Counted from the stretch's first letter, positions 19,611-30,340 are shown. The stretch is 64,000 nucleotides of DNA from an uncultured bacterium (GCA_937871295.1 CALMRE010000074.1:5088-69087), one strand, 5' to 3'. Notes: generated by a model not told the origin, from the sequence alone. Made by a program: numbers and translations.

Positions 19611-20407
19611 TCGGCGGCGCCGTTCAGATAACCGATCACCAGTTCCCGCATCGTCGGCGGTCTGCCGATATCCTCTTCCGTGAAGACCAGCCATTCGGCT
19701 ATGATGGGTCCGATGGTCAGGAAGTTCGCTTCGTCCCCGGCGCCCGATACGATGCGGTGGGTCCGGCGCGCCTCGTCGAGGCGGGCGGTGTAGAGCAGTT
19801 TGCCGTTCTTGAGGATGACGAAACGGTCTATCAGCGATTCGGGCTCGTAGAGTTCGGTCGATGCGAGCAGTACCGTCGAGCGGTGTTCGTCGGTGAAGGA
19901 GCGCAGGATGTCGCAGAGGATATCGCTTTCCTGCGGCGTGATATGCTGGAACGGTTCGTCGATGAGCAGCAGTTGCGGACGGCAGGCCAGAGCGCCGAGT
20001 GTCAGGAACAGCGAGCGCATTCCCATCGGGGCGAAATCGATGCGCCGCGAAAGGTCCCACGCGAACTGATCGGCGAACCGGAGGAACAGCGTATCGTCGA
20101 AACGGGGATAGAGCAGTTTCCAGACGCGATGGTAGTCGCGGGCGGTGAACCCGGTGAAGACCGAACGCTGGTCGCCCGACGAGGCGACGGCGCTGCGGCG
20201 GAAACGCGACACCGGTCCGCCGTCGATACGGATATAGCCCGCCGAAGGGGGCAGTTCGCCGCTCACGGTGCGCATGAGGGTGGTCTTCCCCGAACCGTTG
20301 GGACCGAGTATCACGACGATCTCGCCCGGTCCGGTGATGAACGAAACGTCATGCAGTCCCACCTGTTCGCCGAAACGCTTCGACACCTTTTCGACGATGA
20401 GACTCAC
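19607..20407 (-). CDS. ABC transporter ATP-binding protein (degenerate signature motif)
   Basis: GTG start overlapping the upstream TGA; Walker A GPNGSGKTT; Walker B LLLIDEP. Confidence 0.8.
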   Translation of the reverse strand: MSLIVEKVSKRFGEQVGLHDVSFITGPGEIVVILGPNGSGKTTLMRTVSGELPPSAGYIRIDGGPVSRFRRSAVASSGDQRSVFTGFTARDYHRVWKLLYPRFDDTLFLRFADQFAWDLSRRIDFAPMGMRSLFLTLGALACRPQLLLIDEPFQHITPQESDILCDILRSFTDEHRSTVLLASTELYEPESLIDRFVILKNGKLLYTARLDEARRTHRIVSGAGDEANFLTIGPIIAEWLVFTEEDIGRPPTMRELVIGYLNGAAD

Positions 20408-20982
20408 AGCCGCCTCCCGGTTATGAGGTAGTGCCCGTAGGCGGCTCCCAGCAACAGCAGCGCGACCAGTCCGGCGTACAGAGGCTCCTCCTGATAGAAA
20501 ACGCTGAAAGCGCGGAAGGGATGACCGGCGCCGAGCGCCGCGCCGGCGGTCGTTTCGACGAAAAGCGCCATCACCGGCAGGGTCAGCGTATCGCGTCCCG
20601 ATGCGGCGCCGATGAGCGATATCGAGAAGTAGGCGGTGAAGAAGATGAGCATGGCGACCAGTTTCACCGGCCAGTCGGCATCGACCGCGAGCGTTCCGCT
20701 GATAAGGGCGCCGAGCAGTATCGCCAGAAGGCCGAAGCCGTAGGAGCACAGGAAGATGCCGGTCCGGGTGAAGGGAAGAGAGAGATACATGCCGATGCGG
20801 CGCGACTGGACATCTTTGGGGAGGAGCGACGCGGCGAAGAACATCACCGCGAGGAAGAGCAGCCCGCTGCGCGGCAGAAGGAAAAGCAGAAAAATGACGC
20901 CGAGCGCCCGTTTGCGGGTCAGTTCTATCTGCAGGAAGGCTTCGAAGGCCCGCAGAGTGCGCACCAACGCGCCGTCATTCAT
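20404..20982 (-). CDS. ABC-2-type permease-like membrane protein
   Basis: About 5-6 hydrophobic segments; YLSLPFTR motif; ATGA coupling to both neighbours. Confidence 0.7.
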   Translation of the reverse strand: MNDGALVRTLRAFEAFLQIELTRKRALGVIFLLFLLPRSGLLFLAVMFFAASLLPKDVQSRRIGMYLSLPFTRTGIFLCSYGFGLLAILLGALISGTLAVDADWPVKLVAMLIFFTAYFSISLIGAASGRDTLTLPVMALFVETTAGAALGAGHPFRAFSVFYQEEPLYAGLVALLLLGAAYGHYLITGRRL

Positions 20983-21251
20983 AGGAAGCTCCCCCGGATG
21001 ATGTCGTGTATCCAGCGGTACAGGCTCTCCATGTCGGCGAGCCACGCGATGAGGATTATCTGCAGGGCGACCGCGGGGAACAGTATCCAGCGGCGGAAAC
21101 AGACCCCGGCGGCGATGAGCGCCAGCGCGCCGCAGACGGCCGATACCGGCCGCGACATGCCGCACAGCGGCAACAGCGCCAGCGCGATGGCGACGATCAG
21201 CCAGACAGTGCGCGCGGTGCGCGGCGCGGTGCCGGGATAGAGCGGTGTCAT
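20979..21251 (-). CDS. Small membrane protein
   Basis: Three hydrophobic stretches; translationally coupled within the operon. Confidence 0.55.
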   Translation of the reverse strand: MTPLYPGTAPRTARTVWLIVAIALALLPLCGMSRPVSAVCGALALIAAGVCFRRWILFPAVALQIILIAWLADMESLYRWIHDIIRGSFL

Positions 21252-21255
21252 CTCG

Positions 21256-21897
21256 TTATTTCACCAACGACAATATCTCTGTGTAGGCGGCGCCCTTGTC
21301 GGGATATTTGCCCGACATCTCCTGCGCGATGTCTGCCGCCGTTTTCCCTTCGGTATTCTTGGCCGTCCGGTCGGCCCCTTTCTCGATAAGGAGCTTGACC
21401 ACGGCGGCGTTGCCGCGCAGCGCCGCGATCATGAGCGCCGTGTTGCCCCGTTTGTCGGCCACCGCGATATCGGCGCCGGCGCCGATGAGCGCGTCGGAGA
21501 CCTTCGGAAAACCGCTCCACGCCGCCCACAGGAGCGCCGTCCAGCCGTCCTTGTCCTTGAGATCCTTATCGGCGTTCTTCTCGAGCAGGAGCGTGGTGGC
21601 TTCGAGCCGTTTCACCTCATCCTTCGCGACCAGTTCGCCGCTCTTATAGTTGACGTAGGCGGCCCACATCAGCGGGGTGCGCCCTTGTTCGTCGAGGTTG
21701 TTGACCCGGCCGCCCTCGGCCTCGATGAGTTTCTTCATCTGGTCGATGTCGTTCTGGATGATCGACGCGATGATCGGGTCGGTCTTCACGCCGCTCCCTT
21801 TCAGCAGATCGGCCGCGTAGATGCTCAGAACGGCGAAGATCGAACTGAAGGCCATCAGTATGAGGGCGTCCTTGATGATGGGCAAATATTTATTCAT
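21256..21897 (-). CDS. Membrane-anchored ankyrin repeat protein
   Basis: N-terminal TM; GRTPLMWAA, GWTALLWAA, GNTALMIAA, GKTAADIA. Confidence 0.92.
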   Translation of the reverse strand: MNKYLPIIKDALILMAFSSIFAVLSIYAADLLKGSGVKTDPIIASIIQNDIDQMKKLIEAEGGRVNNLDEQGRTPLMWAAYVNYKSGELVAKDEVKRLEATTLLLEKNADKDLKDKDGWTALLWAAWSGFPKVSDALIGAGADIAVADKRGNTALMIAALRGNAAVVKLLIEKGADRTAKNTEGKTAADIAQEMSGKYPDKGAAYTEILSLVK

Positions 21898-21912
21898 CGT
21901 ATCCTCCCTCCG

Positions 21913-23340
21913 TTAGTGGGCCGCTTCCGCGGCGCCGTCTTTCTTCTCCTCGTCGTCGGTCTTGGTCGACGCGAGGCTGTTGCGCAGCAGAATGACCGCG
22001 ATGGGGCTTATCGCCGCGAGGAAGAAGTAGATCATCCACATCCACTCGGGGCTATCCATATAGCTGACGTTGCCGGTATCTATCTTCGCCCGGACGCCCT
22101 CATAGGAGTAACCGGCTATCAGGATGCCCGACACGAACCCGTTGATGGGCCGCGCGATGAACATCGGCAATGCCGACAATCCCATGTAGGAGGCCACCTT
22201 GTCCTTTGGCGCGACCGATGCGGTGTACTCCACGAAACGCGGCGAGAAGATCAGTTCACCCACGGCGAACACGAATATCTGCGCGACGATGATGTAGATA
22301 TAGGCCTGATTCATGTTCTCGATGCCGGGGATGGCGAGTATCCAGCTGTTGGGAACGGCGAGGAACAGCAGCGACAGCGCCGATATCAGCATGCCCACGA
22401 CGATGAGTTTCACCGTGTCGAACTTGTTGATGATCGGGATGAAGAGGATGAGGCCCACGACGATGATGAAGGGGTTCAGCGAGTTGACGAGCCCCAGTTC
22501 GAAATCGTTGTAGAGCGTCCGCAGATAGTATTTCGGCATGACCATCGTCTGGTGGGTGAAGACGAGCCGGACGCCGAGCGTCAGCACGAGGAAGAGGACC
22601 AGTTTCTGGAACGCGCTTTCCTTCCACACCTCGGCGAAGATCTGAAGCGGCGTCTTCTGCGGAGTGGGATCGGCCGCCTTCTCGGCCGCCGTCTCCTCGG
22701 CGTGCTTGTTGGTGATGAGCACGGCGCAGATGAGGGTCAGCACCGTCATCGCGAAACTGAAATTGAATATCATCAGGTTGCCCTTCACGGTGCCGAACAT
22801 GGTGCGGAAACCGTCGAAGACCACCGCGCCGGCGAGCATCGCGCCGATGTTCATGATGAGGTAGTAGACATTGAAGCCGGTGCCGCGGTTCTCGGGGGTG
22901 GTGAAGTGGCGCAGCGCCGCGTTGGTGTTGGTGACGATGGTGGCGGTGCCCAGCGCCATGACGATGAGCAGACCCATCGTGACGTACTTCAGCGGTTCGC
23001 CGGTCATCAGTTCCGGCGCGACACCCATCCCGAGACGCGAGATGATGAGCAGTATCGTCGCGATGTAGTAGGTCCGCTTGACCCCGAGCGTGTCGCAGAT
23101 GGAGCCGACCGTGAACATGAACGCCGTGATGAACATGAAGAAGACGCCCTGCCAGATACCGGTCTCCATGTCGCTGAACCCGACATTGTCATTCAGGTAG
23201 AGCGAGATCACGATGATGATCGAGAAGTAGGCCAGTCCGTCGAAGAACTGAATGGCGTTGACCATCCAGAAATCCTTCGAGACCGTCTTCATGATCTTGA
23301 ATTCCGAGAAGTAATTCTTAACCGCTGCGAACATGCGCAT
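21913..23340 (-). CDS. MFS transporter (peptide/POT-like)
   Basis: About 12 TM; GSICDTLGVKR motif A; GFNVYYLIMNIG; GELIFSPR...YTASVAP. Confidence 0.85.
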   Translation of the reverse strand: MRMFAAVKNYFSEFKIMKTVSKDFWMVNAIQFFDGLAYFSIIIVISLYLNDNVGFSDMETGIWQGVFFMFITAFMFTVGSICDTLGVKRTYYIATILLIISRLGMGVAPELMTGEPLKYVTMGLLIVMALGTATIVTNTNAALRHFTTPENRGTGFNVYYLIMNIGAMLAGAVVFDGFRTMFGTVKGNLMIFNFSFAMTVLTLICAVLITNKHAEETAAEKAADPTPQKTPLQIFAEVWKESAFQKLVLFLVLTLGVRLVFTHQTMVMPKYYLRTLYNDFELGLVNSLNPFIIVVGLILFIPIINKFDTVKLIVVGMLISALSLLFLAVPNSWILAIPGIENMNQAYIYIIVAQIFVFAVGELIFSPRFVEYTASVAPKDKVASYMGLSALPMFIARPINGFVSGILIAGYSYEGVRAKIDTGNVSYMDSPEWMWMIYFFLAAISPIAVILLRNSLASTKTDDEEKKDGAAEAAH

Positions 23341-23446
23341 GCCTCCGAAACAAGCGTAGATAAAAAAGAGCGTTTCATCGTAACCGCCCCTCCCTTAAAG
23401 TCAAGGAAAACGGCGGGGTATAAAAGGCGCTATCCGGTCCGATTTG

Positions 23447-23475
23447 TTGACTTTGCGGAGCGCCACCCGTACAAT
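23447..23475 (+). promoter_or_regulatory. Putative sigma70 promoter of the pdp operon
   Basis: TTGACT-17 nt-TACAAT. Confidence 0.6.
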
Positions 23476-23507
23476 GGCCCGTTCACGGTTACGCGGAGAG
23501 GATAACG

Positions 23508-24812
23508 GTGCGTCTTTTCTACGATATCATAGGGGATAAGCGGGACGGCCGCGAACTTTCGGCCGACGATATCACCCGTTTTCTGACCGGCTATCTCCGC
23601 GACGAACTGACCGACTACCAGATGTCGGCGCTCCTGATGGCGGTCTGCATCCGGGGACTCACCCCGGCCGAACTGTCGGTCTGGGCCGATACGATGCTCC
23701 GTTCGGGGCAGGTGCTTTCCTTCCCCGACGACGGCCGCCCGGTGGTGGACAAACATTCGACCGGCGGGGTGGGGGACAAGATATCGATCCCGCTGGCGCC
23801 GCTCCTTGCCGCGCTCGGATTCCGCGTGCCGATGATATCGGGCCGCGGGCTCGGCCATACCGGCGGTACGCTCGACAAACTCGAATCGATACCGGGGTTC
23901 CGGGTGGGGCTCGACCTCGACTCATTCAAACGGCAGATACAGGAACTCGGCGTGTCCATGATCGGACAGACGGCCGAGATCGCGCCGCTCGACCGGCGGC
24001 TCTACGCCCTGCGCGATGTGACCGGCACGGTCGAATCGGTGCCGCTCATCGCGAGTTCCATCATGTCGAAAAAACTGGCCGAAGGGATAGAGGGGCTCCT
24101 GCTGGATGTGAAGACCGGCGACGGCGCCTTTATGCGGGAGATGCGCGACGCCAAACGGCTCGCCCGGACGATGAAGGCGATCGGCGCGCGCGCCGGAAGA
24201 AAGATGGCGGTACTCATCACCGATATGTCCGAACCGCTCGGCCGCGCCGCGGGCCACGCCCACGAGATCGCCGAATCGATAGCGGTGTTGCGGGGCGAGG
24301 AGGTGCCGCAGGTGACCGCGCTGACGGTGCGGCAGGCGGCCGAACTGCTCGTCGCCTTCGGGCGGTCAAAAAGCCGCGCCGCGGGCGAACAGGAGGCGCG
24401 CAGACGGCTGTTCGACGGCACGGCGCTCGCGCTGTTCCGGCGGCTGGTCGAACGGCAGGGAGGCGATCCGCGCGTCATCGATGATCCGTCGCTCCTGCCG
24501 CAGGCGCCGCAGGTCCACGAACTGACGGCGGTCCGTGACGGCCATCTTTCGCGGGTCGGCGCACGCGCGGTGGGCAAGGCGCTGGTGGCGCTCGGCGGCG
24601 GCCGGGTCCGCAAGGAGGACGCCATTGACGCGGCGGTCGGGATGACCTTTCCGAAGAAGGTGGGCGAACCGGTCGTGAAGGGGGAGCCGGTCATCCGGAT
24701 ACACTACCGCGACCGCGCGCGGCTCGACGCGGCGCTCGAACTGCTGACCGGGGCGATCGAGATCGCGTTGCGGCCGGTGCTACCGCCCGAACTCGTCGCG
24801 GGGCGTCTGTAA
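23508..24812 (+). CDS. pdp: Pyrimidine-nucleoside/thymidine phosphorylase
   Basis: KRDG; DKHSTGGVGDK; SGRGLGHTGGTLDKLESIPG; LYALRDVT; SIMSKK. Confidence 0.95.
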   Translation: MRLFYDIIGDKRDGRELSADDITRFLTGYLRDELTDYQMSALLMAVCIRGLTPAELSVWADTMLRSGQVLSFPDDGRPVVDKHSTGGVGDKISIPLAPLLAALGFRVPMISGRGLGHTGGTLDKLESIPGFRVGLDLDSFKRQIQELGVSMIGQTAEIAPLDRRLYALRDVTGTVESVPLIASSIMSKKLAEGIEGLLLDVKTGDGAFMREMRDAKRLARTMKAIGARAGRKMAVLITDMSEPLGRAAGHAHEIAESIAVLRGEEVPQVTALTVRQAAELLVAFGRSKSRAAGEQEARRRLFDGTALALFRRLVERQGGDPRVIDDPSLLPQAPQVHELTAVRDGHLSRVGARAVGKALVALGGGRVRKEDAIDAAVGMTFPKKVGEPVVKGEPVIRIHYRDRARLDAALELLTGAIEIALRPVLPPELVAGRL

Positions 24813-24813
24813 C

Positions 24814-27087
24814 GTGCGCAATCCCCATTTTTACTTCACCGCCCGCCGCTTTTTCGTCGCCTCGGGGGGAACGCTTTTCCGTTTGTTGTCGGGCGTGGCG
24901 CTCCGTTCGGTCCGCTACGAGGTGGCCGACGAGGAGGAACTGCGGCGCATCGCGTCGGAGAAACAGACCATCTTCTACATATCCAACCGCTCCTCCCTCA
25001 TCGAGCAGTTCCTGCTGAACGCTTTTTTCATCGCCCGCGGTATCCGCGTTCCCTCCCACTCCTTTGGGCCGCGGACCTTGCTGTTCTTCCGTTTCGGCGA
25101 GTTGCTGCGCCTGTTCATCGAATGGCTCAAGGGGGGGCGTGCGCGCCGCTACGCCCAGAAGATAACGGGACTCTACCTGCCGGTCGAGGATCAGGATTTC
25201 TTCGCCCGCGACCCCGGCTGGGCCGACTTCATAGCGAAGGTCCCGTCGCGCGAGATACGGGTGGTGCCGGTCACGACGCTCTGGAACAAGGAGGTGGTGG
25301 AAAAGAGCCGGAAGGAGGAGAGCTGGCTCATTCCGTTCATCGGCACCTACCATCTCTGGCCCACCTTCCGCGAACTGCTGCTGTTCCTGCTCGGCCGCCG
25401 GCGGCTCGCGCTCCGCATCGGGCTGGCCCACACCATCGTCCGTGAGAGGTATACCCGCCATATCTACCGCAAATTCTACGCGCTGCTCAAGGAGGAGAAG
25501 AAGAACATCGTCGGCGCGAGCCTCCGCAACTGGCTGGAGATCCGCAACGAGACGCTGTTCGATCTCGACTTCGGGTACGAGGCCGACCGGGAAACGGCCG
25601 AAAAATGCCTGAACGAGATAGCGACCCGCTACAGTCCGTACTTCACCGACGGGGTCTCGCGGGTCATCGGACGGCTTCTTTCGTCGGTCTTCCCGCGCAT
25701 CGTCCACCGCCCCGAAGAGACGCGCTACCTGCGGCGGCTGGCCGCCATCCGCAACATCACGCTGGTGTTCGTGCCGTCGCACCGCAGTTATTTCGATTAC
25801 CTCATCATGTTCAATCTCCTCTACCGCGAACAGGTGGCGGTGCCGCTGGTGGTGGCGGGCGACAACCTCAACTTCTTCCCGCTGGGCGGCGTGTTGCGGC
25901 GGCTCGGCGCCTTCTTCATCCGGCGCCGGGTGCGCGACGACCGTCTCTACAAGGAGGTTTTCGGCGCCTATCTGCGCAAGATCGTCGAATCGGGCTACCA
26001 CATCGAATTTTTCATCGAAGGGGGCCGGACGCGGTCGGGCAAGGTCCGCGCGCCGCGCACCGGGGTCCTGTCGATGCTCGCCGACATCAAGAAGCGGAGC
26101 GGCCGGCGCATCTACATCGTGCCGGTGTCGATAACCTACGAGAAACTGCGCGAGGTGCAGCAGTATCAGGCCGAGGTGTCGCGCGCCAAAGAGCCGGAGC
26201 GGCAGGGTTTCCTGCGCAAGGCGCTCGGTCTGTTCCGGACGAGCAGCGGTCCCGCCTATGTATCGTTCGGGACGCCGCTGTATCTTCCCGGCGTGATCAC
26301 CGATGATTTCCCGCTCGAGGTCGCCTACCGCATCGAACGGGGCGGTCATGTCGGTTTTTCGGGGCTGTTCGCCTCGTTCTTCGCGACCGGCGACGAACTG
26401 TTCGCCCCGGCGCTCGCCCGCCGGCTGGAGCATCTGGCGGCGCTGCTGGCCAAAAGCGGCCGCTACCAACTTGCCCCGGCGCTCCAGCACGCCGACCTCA
26501 ATGTGCCGCGGCTGGTCGAGAAACTGCGCGGATCGGGTCAGATCGTCGAATCGAGCCGCCGCGAACATTGCTACCGGCTCCGCGACGACGCGCGCCACGA
26601 ATTCGCCTACTACCGCAATACCGCCGCATTCGCGCTGGCGCCGCTGTTCCTCCTGCTGTTCGACGCCCCGGAAGAGGTCCGCGACGCGTCGCGCCGCTAC
26701 CTCGAGGCGGTCATACAGGGCTACCGCGTCGGCGACCGGCTCGACGATGTCCTCTCTCCCGCCGACGCCGATCCGTGGGTCCAGTCGATGCTCTGCCGCG
26801 TCTTCCTGCCGTCGTTCGAACTGCTCGAAAGCGCCATCGCCTTCTTCCGGGGGAACAAACTCCATTTCGAGAGTCGCACCGATGCGGTCCACCATCTCGC
26901 CCGGCTCTTCGCCCGCCGCCGCATGGTCTTCTCGCCCGACGAACTCTACGATGTGCTGACCTATCTCGGTGAACGGGGCGTCATCGACAATTTATTTGCC
27001 TTTGTCCCCGGAACCGGCGAGAATGTCGCCGCGGAGACCGAAACGATCATGGAAGCGCTCAAACGCGCGGGGGTGGTGACGCCGTGA
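24814..27087 (+). CDS. PlsB-like glycerol-3-phosphate acyltransferase
   Basis: PSHRSYFD (HX4D), GAFFIRR, FFIEGGRTRSGK, VPVSITYEK. Confidence 0.85.
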   Translation: MRNPHFYFTARRFFVASGGTLFRLLSGVALRSVRYEVADEEELRRIASEKQTIFYISNRSSLIEQFLLNAFFIARGIRVPSHSFGPRTLLFFRFGELLRLFIEWLKGGRARRYAQKITGLYLPVEDQDFFARDPGWADFIAKVPSREIRVVPVTTLWNKEVVEKSRKEESWLIPFIGTYHLWPTFRELLLFLLGRRRLALRIGLAHTIVRERYTRHIYRKFYALLKEEKKNIVGASLRNWLEIRNETLFDLDFGYEADRETAEKCLNEIATRYSPYFTDGVSRVIGRLLSSVFPRIVHRPEETRYLRRLAAIRNITLVFVPSHRSYFDYLIMFNLLYREQVAVPLVVAGDNLNFFPLGGVLRRLGAFFIRRRVRDDRLYKEVFGAYLRKIVESGYHIEFFIEGGRTRSGKVRAPRTGVLSMLADIKKRSGRRIYIVPVSITYEKLREVQQYQAEVSRAKEPERQGFLRKALGLFRTSSGPAYVSFGTPLYLPGVITDDFPLEVAYRIERGGHVGFSGLFASFFATGDELFAPALARRLEHLAALLAKSGRYQLAPALQHADLNVPRLVEKLRGSGQIVESSRREHCYRLRDDARHEFAYYRNTAAFALAPLFLLLFDAPEEVRDASRRYLEAVIQGYRVGDRLDDVLSPADADPWVQSMLCRVFLPSFELLESAIAFFRGNKLHFESRTDAVHHLARLFARRRMVFSPDELYDVLTYLGERGVIDNLFAFVPGTGENVAAETETIMEALKRAGVVTP

Positions 27088-28868
27088 CAACGCTTTTTCT
27101 GCCCGAGGAACTGCTGATAGCCGAAGTGAACGGCGCGACGGTGGTGCTCTACCGCGACGCCGCCGAGATAGCGGCCGCGATCTCCGCCTGCCCCGGCCGG
27201 GCCATCGTCGTCGCCTACGAAAAGGAGTCGCCGGCGGCCAAGGCGCTCATCCGCGACCGCGACTGGCTGGTGCTGGTCGCCTTCGGACGCGGGTTCGAAC
27301 ACCGGCCGCCCAACATCTTCACGATAGACGGCGAAAAGACCAATTCCTACACCCTCTACATCCTTTCGCAGATGGTCGAGGTGGTCGACTCGCTCATGGA
27401 CGAGATCGTCGGCAACTACAACATCGGCGTCGATCTCTCCTCCGAAAAGGAGACCCAGCGTCTCTGGGACAAGATACTCGCCTTCAGCCGCCGCGCGACG
27501 CGGGCCGAGGCGGGGACGCTCTATCTCATGAGCCGCGACCGGCAGAGTATCTATTTCGTCCGTTCGCAGAACGACAAACTCAACCGCGTCGAGATCGAGC
27601 GGCGCGAGATACCGTTCAACCGCCGGAGTCTGGTGGGGTTCGTCTGCGCCACCGGCGAGACGCTCAATATCGCCGACGCCTACGCCATCCCCGAGGAGGC
27701 CCCCTACGCCTTCAATAAACAGATCGACATCATGCTGGGGTACCGCACCCATTCGATACTCACCGTCCCGATGAAGACGCCGCGCGGCGATGTGATCGGC
27801 GCGGTCCAACTGCTCAACAAGCGCGAAGTGCAGAGCGGCTACCTGCCGTTCTCGAAGTACGACGAACTGCTCCTCCAGTCGCTCGCGTCGCTATCGGCGG
27901 TCACCGTCGAGAACAACCGGCTCTACGAGGAGATATCGAATCTCTTCAACTCGCTCATCGTCTCCTCCACCAAGGCCATCGAACAGCGCGATCCGGCGAC
28001 CAAAGGCCATTCGGTCCGCGTTTCGCGCATCACCCTCAAGATGATGGACCTCCTCGCCGCCGCCGGCGGAAAACAGTTCGACGACGACGAACGCAAGGCG
28101 GCCGAGATCGCCTCGATGCTCCACGATTTCGGCAAGGTCGGCGTCCGCGAGAAGATACTGACCAAGGTGAGCAAACTTTACCCCGCCGACTACGAACGGG
28201 TCCTCTGGCGCGCCCGCTACATCAGGTCGCGGCTCGAGAACGAGCAACTGGCCGGGAAGGGCGACCGGGCCGCCGCCATCGCCCTCATCGACCGCCTCCT
28301 GGGCGCGCTCGACAAACTCAACACCCCCGCGCCGCTCACCGACGAGGGACGGCTCCTGCTCGAAGAGGCGCGCGAACAGCGCTTCCGGTTCGGCGACGAG
28401 GAACTGCCGCTCCTGACCGACATGGAACACCGCTACCTCTCCATCACGCGCGGCAATCTCACCGTGGAGGAGCGGACGCAGATGGAACAGCACGTCGTCC
28501 AGAGTTGGGAGATCATGAAGGCGATGAAATGGCCGTGGGAACTTTCCCGCGTACCCGAATATGTCCTTTCCCATCACGAGAAACTCGACGGCACCGGCTA
28601 TCCGCACGGCAAGAAGGAGACCGAACTGGGGCCCATCGAGCGGATACTGGCCATCGCCGACATCTACGACGCGCTGACCGCCTCCGACCGCTCCTATAAA
28701 AAGGCGATCCCGCGCGAAACGGCGCTCAGGATCATCGAGGACGATGTCCAGAAAGGCAAACTCGACCGCGCGCTGTTCGAACTGTTCAGGACGCACATCG
28801 ACCAGATAGAGGCTTTTGTCCGTGAAGGTCTCGCGACACCCGAAAAGAACGATACGGAGGCGACATGA
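27084..28868 (+). CDS. GAF + HD-GYP cyclic-di-GMP phosphodiesterase
   Basis: GAF (FNKQID...GYRTHSILTVPM...QLLNK); GHSVRV; HDFGK; HHEKLDGTGYP; ADIYDALT. Confidence 0.92.
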   Translation: MTTLFLPEELLIAEVNGATVVLYRDAAEIAAAISACPGRAIVVAYEKESPAAKALIRDRDWLVLVAFGRGFEHRPPNIFTIDGEKTNSYTLYILSQMVEVVDSLMDEIVGNYNIGVDLSSEKETQRLWDKILAFSRRATRAEAGTLYLMSRDRQSIYFVRSQNDKLNRVEIERREIPFNRRSLVGFVCATGETLNIADAYAIPEEAPYAFNKQIDIMLGYRTHSILTVPMKTPRGDVIGAVQLLNKREVQSGYLPFSKYDELLLQSLASLSAVTVENNRLYEEISNLFNSLIVSSTKAIEQRDPATKGHSVRVSRITLKMMDLLAAAGGKQFDDDERKAAEIASMLHDFGKVGVREKILTKVSKLYPADYERVLWRARYIRSRLENEQLAGKGDRAAAIALIDRLLGALDKLNTPAPLTDEGRLLLEEAREQRFRFGDEELPLLTDMEHRYLSITRGNLTVEERTQMEQHVVQSWEIMKAMKWPWELSRVPEYVLSHHEKLDGTGYPHGKKETELGPIERILAIADIYDALTASDRSYKKAIPRETALRIIEDDVQKGKLDRALFELFRTHIDQIEAFVREGLATPEKNDTEAT

Positions 28869-29449
28869 GATCCCTGTTCCTTTTCCTTCTGGCCTTATTG
28901 CCGGCCTTTGCGCTGACCGCCTACGAGGACTCGACCGAGGCGAAGATGTTCCACAACGACGGCTGGTTCATCCAGCAGCAGTACACCCAGAACCACGCCG
29001 AGTTCGAGCGGACCATCAAGGAGATGAAGGACCTCAAGGCGAACCACGGTTCGTCGGAATTCGGTACGGCGCAGAAACTGGTCACCGAACTCGACCGGCG
29101 CATGACCCGCTACAACGGCATCGTTCAGAAACTGGTCGTCTACTACAAGCAGAAGTGGAACCAGAAGCACTACCAGAAGATGGACCAGAAGTGGAAGGAC
29201 GACACCTACAAGAAACACAAGGCGAAACTGGTGGCGCTCAATACGCTCATGATGGACCTTCAGCAGGCCTACAACGGCTGGAACGACGGGCGGAGCGGCG
29301 CGGTCAAGAAGAAGAACAAGGGACTGCTCGAGGCGTTCGGCATCATGAACACCGCGCTCGAAGCGGCGCTCACCGCCGGGGCGGCGGCCGAAGAACAGGT
29401 CTTCAAGGATATGGAAGCGGAACTCTCCGCGATCAAGAATATTAAATGA
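28865..29449 (+). CDS. Secreted helical hypothetical protein
   Basis: Signal peptide; K/Q-rich amphipathic helices; ATGA overlaps with both neighbours; host-like codon usage. Confidence 0.7.
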   Translation: MRSLFLFLLALLPAFALTAYEDSTEAKMFHNDGWFIQQQYTQNHAEFERTIKEMKDLKANHGSSEFGTAQKLVTELDRRMTRYNGIVQKLVVYYKQKWNQKHYQKMDQKWKDDTYKKHKAKLVALNTLMMDLQQAYNGWNDGRSGAVKKKNKGLLEAFGIMNTALEAALTAGAAAEEQVFKDMEAELSAIKNIK

Positions 29450-30285
29450 AAAGTGCCCTCTTTCTTGAGGGTAAGGTCGCGGTCGTCACCGGCGCCGCGT
29501 CGGGTATCGGCAAGGCGACCGCCGAGGAACTCATGTGTCACGGCGCCGAACTGCACGCCGTCGACTGCGACGCCGAACGGCTCGAAGCGACGGTCAAGGA
29601 GTGGCGCGACGCGGGGCTTCCGGCCCACGGTCATGTCGTTGACTGTGCCGATGAGGCGGCCTTCCGAAAGGTCGCCGACGATATCGCGGCATCGGCGGGT
29701 CGCATCGACATCGTTCATCTCAACGCCGGTATCGCGGTGGGCGGTCTTGCCGAGAGCATTCCGGCGGCCGAGTGGCGGCGCATCGTGAATGTCAATCAGA
29801 TGGCGGTCATCTACGGGGTGCTCGCCTTCGTGCCGTATCTCAAACGCACGGCGCCCGGTTCGGCGCTGGTGTTCACCTCGTCGGCGGTGGGCTTATGCGG
29901 GTTTCCCTATGTCGCGCCGTATGCAATGACGAAGTTCGCCGTCGCGGGGCTCGCCGAATCGCTCGCGGCGGAACTCGCTCCGGCGGGTATTCATGTCGTC
30001 ACCGTGTTCCCCGGGATGGTGCGCTCACGGCTTATCCCGACATCGAAGATAGACCTACCCGAAAAATGGCGCGGAAAGGTGCTGGCGCTCCTCGACCGCG
30101 TGGCGATGCCGCCGGAGAAGTTGGCACACTGCATCGTGAAGGCGATCCGCAAGAAGCAGCGCACCGTCATCATGCTCAACGGGATGGGGCCGTTCTTCTG
30201 GGTGAAGCGGCTGTCGGTCTCGCTCTACCAAATGCTCCTCGGCTGGGGCACCCGCTGGCTCCTGCGGGAGAAAAAACAAGGTTGA
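29446..30285 (+). CDS. SDR family oxidoreductase
   Basis: TGAASGIG, LNAGI, YAMTK. Confidence 0.92.
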   Translation: MKSALFLEGKVAVVTGAASGIGKATAEELMCHGAELHAVDCDAERLEATVKEWRDAGLPAHGHVVDCADEAAFRKVADDIAASAGRIDIVHLNAGIAVGGLAESIPAAEWRRIVNVNQMAVIYGVLAFVPYLKRTAPGSALVFTSSAVGLCGFPYVAPYAMTKFAVAGLAESLAAELAPAGIHVVTVFPGMVRSRLIPTSKIDLPEKWRGKVLALLDRVAMPPEKLAHCIVKAIRKKQRTVIMLNGMGPFFWVKRLSVSLYQMLLGWGTRWLLREKKQG

Positions 30286-30310
30286 CGGTCATGAGTGAAC
30301 AGGATATGAT
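30282..30310 (+). promoter_or_regulatory. Putative sigma70 promoter of the RCC1 gene
   Basis: TTGACG-17 nt-TATGAT. Confidence 0.55.
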
Positions 30311-30340
30311 GGCGAAGATTTTTGTGCGAGGGCGGTTGAC

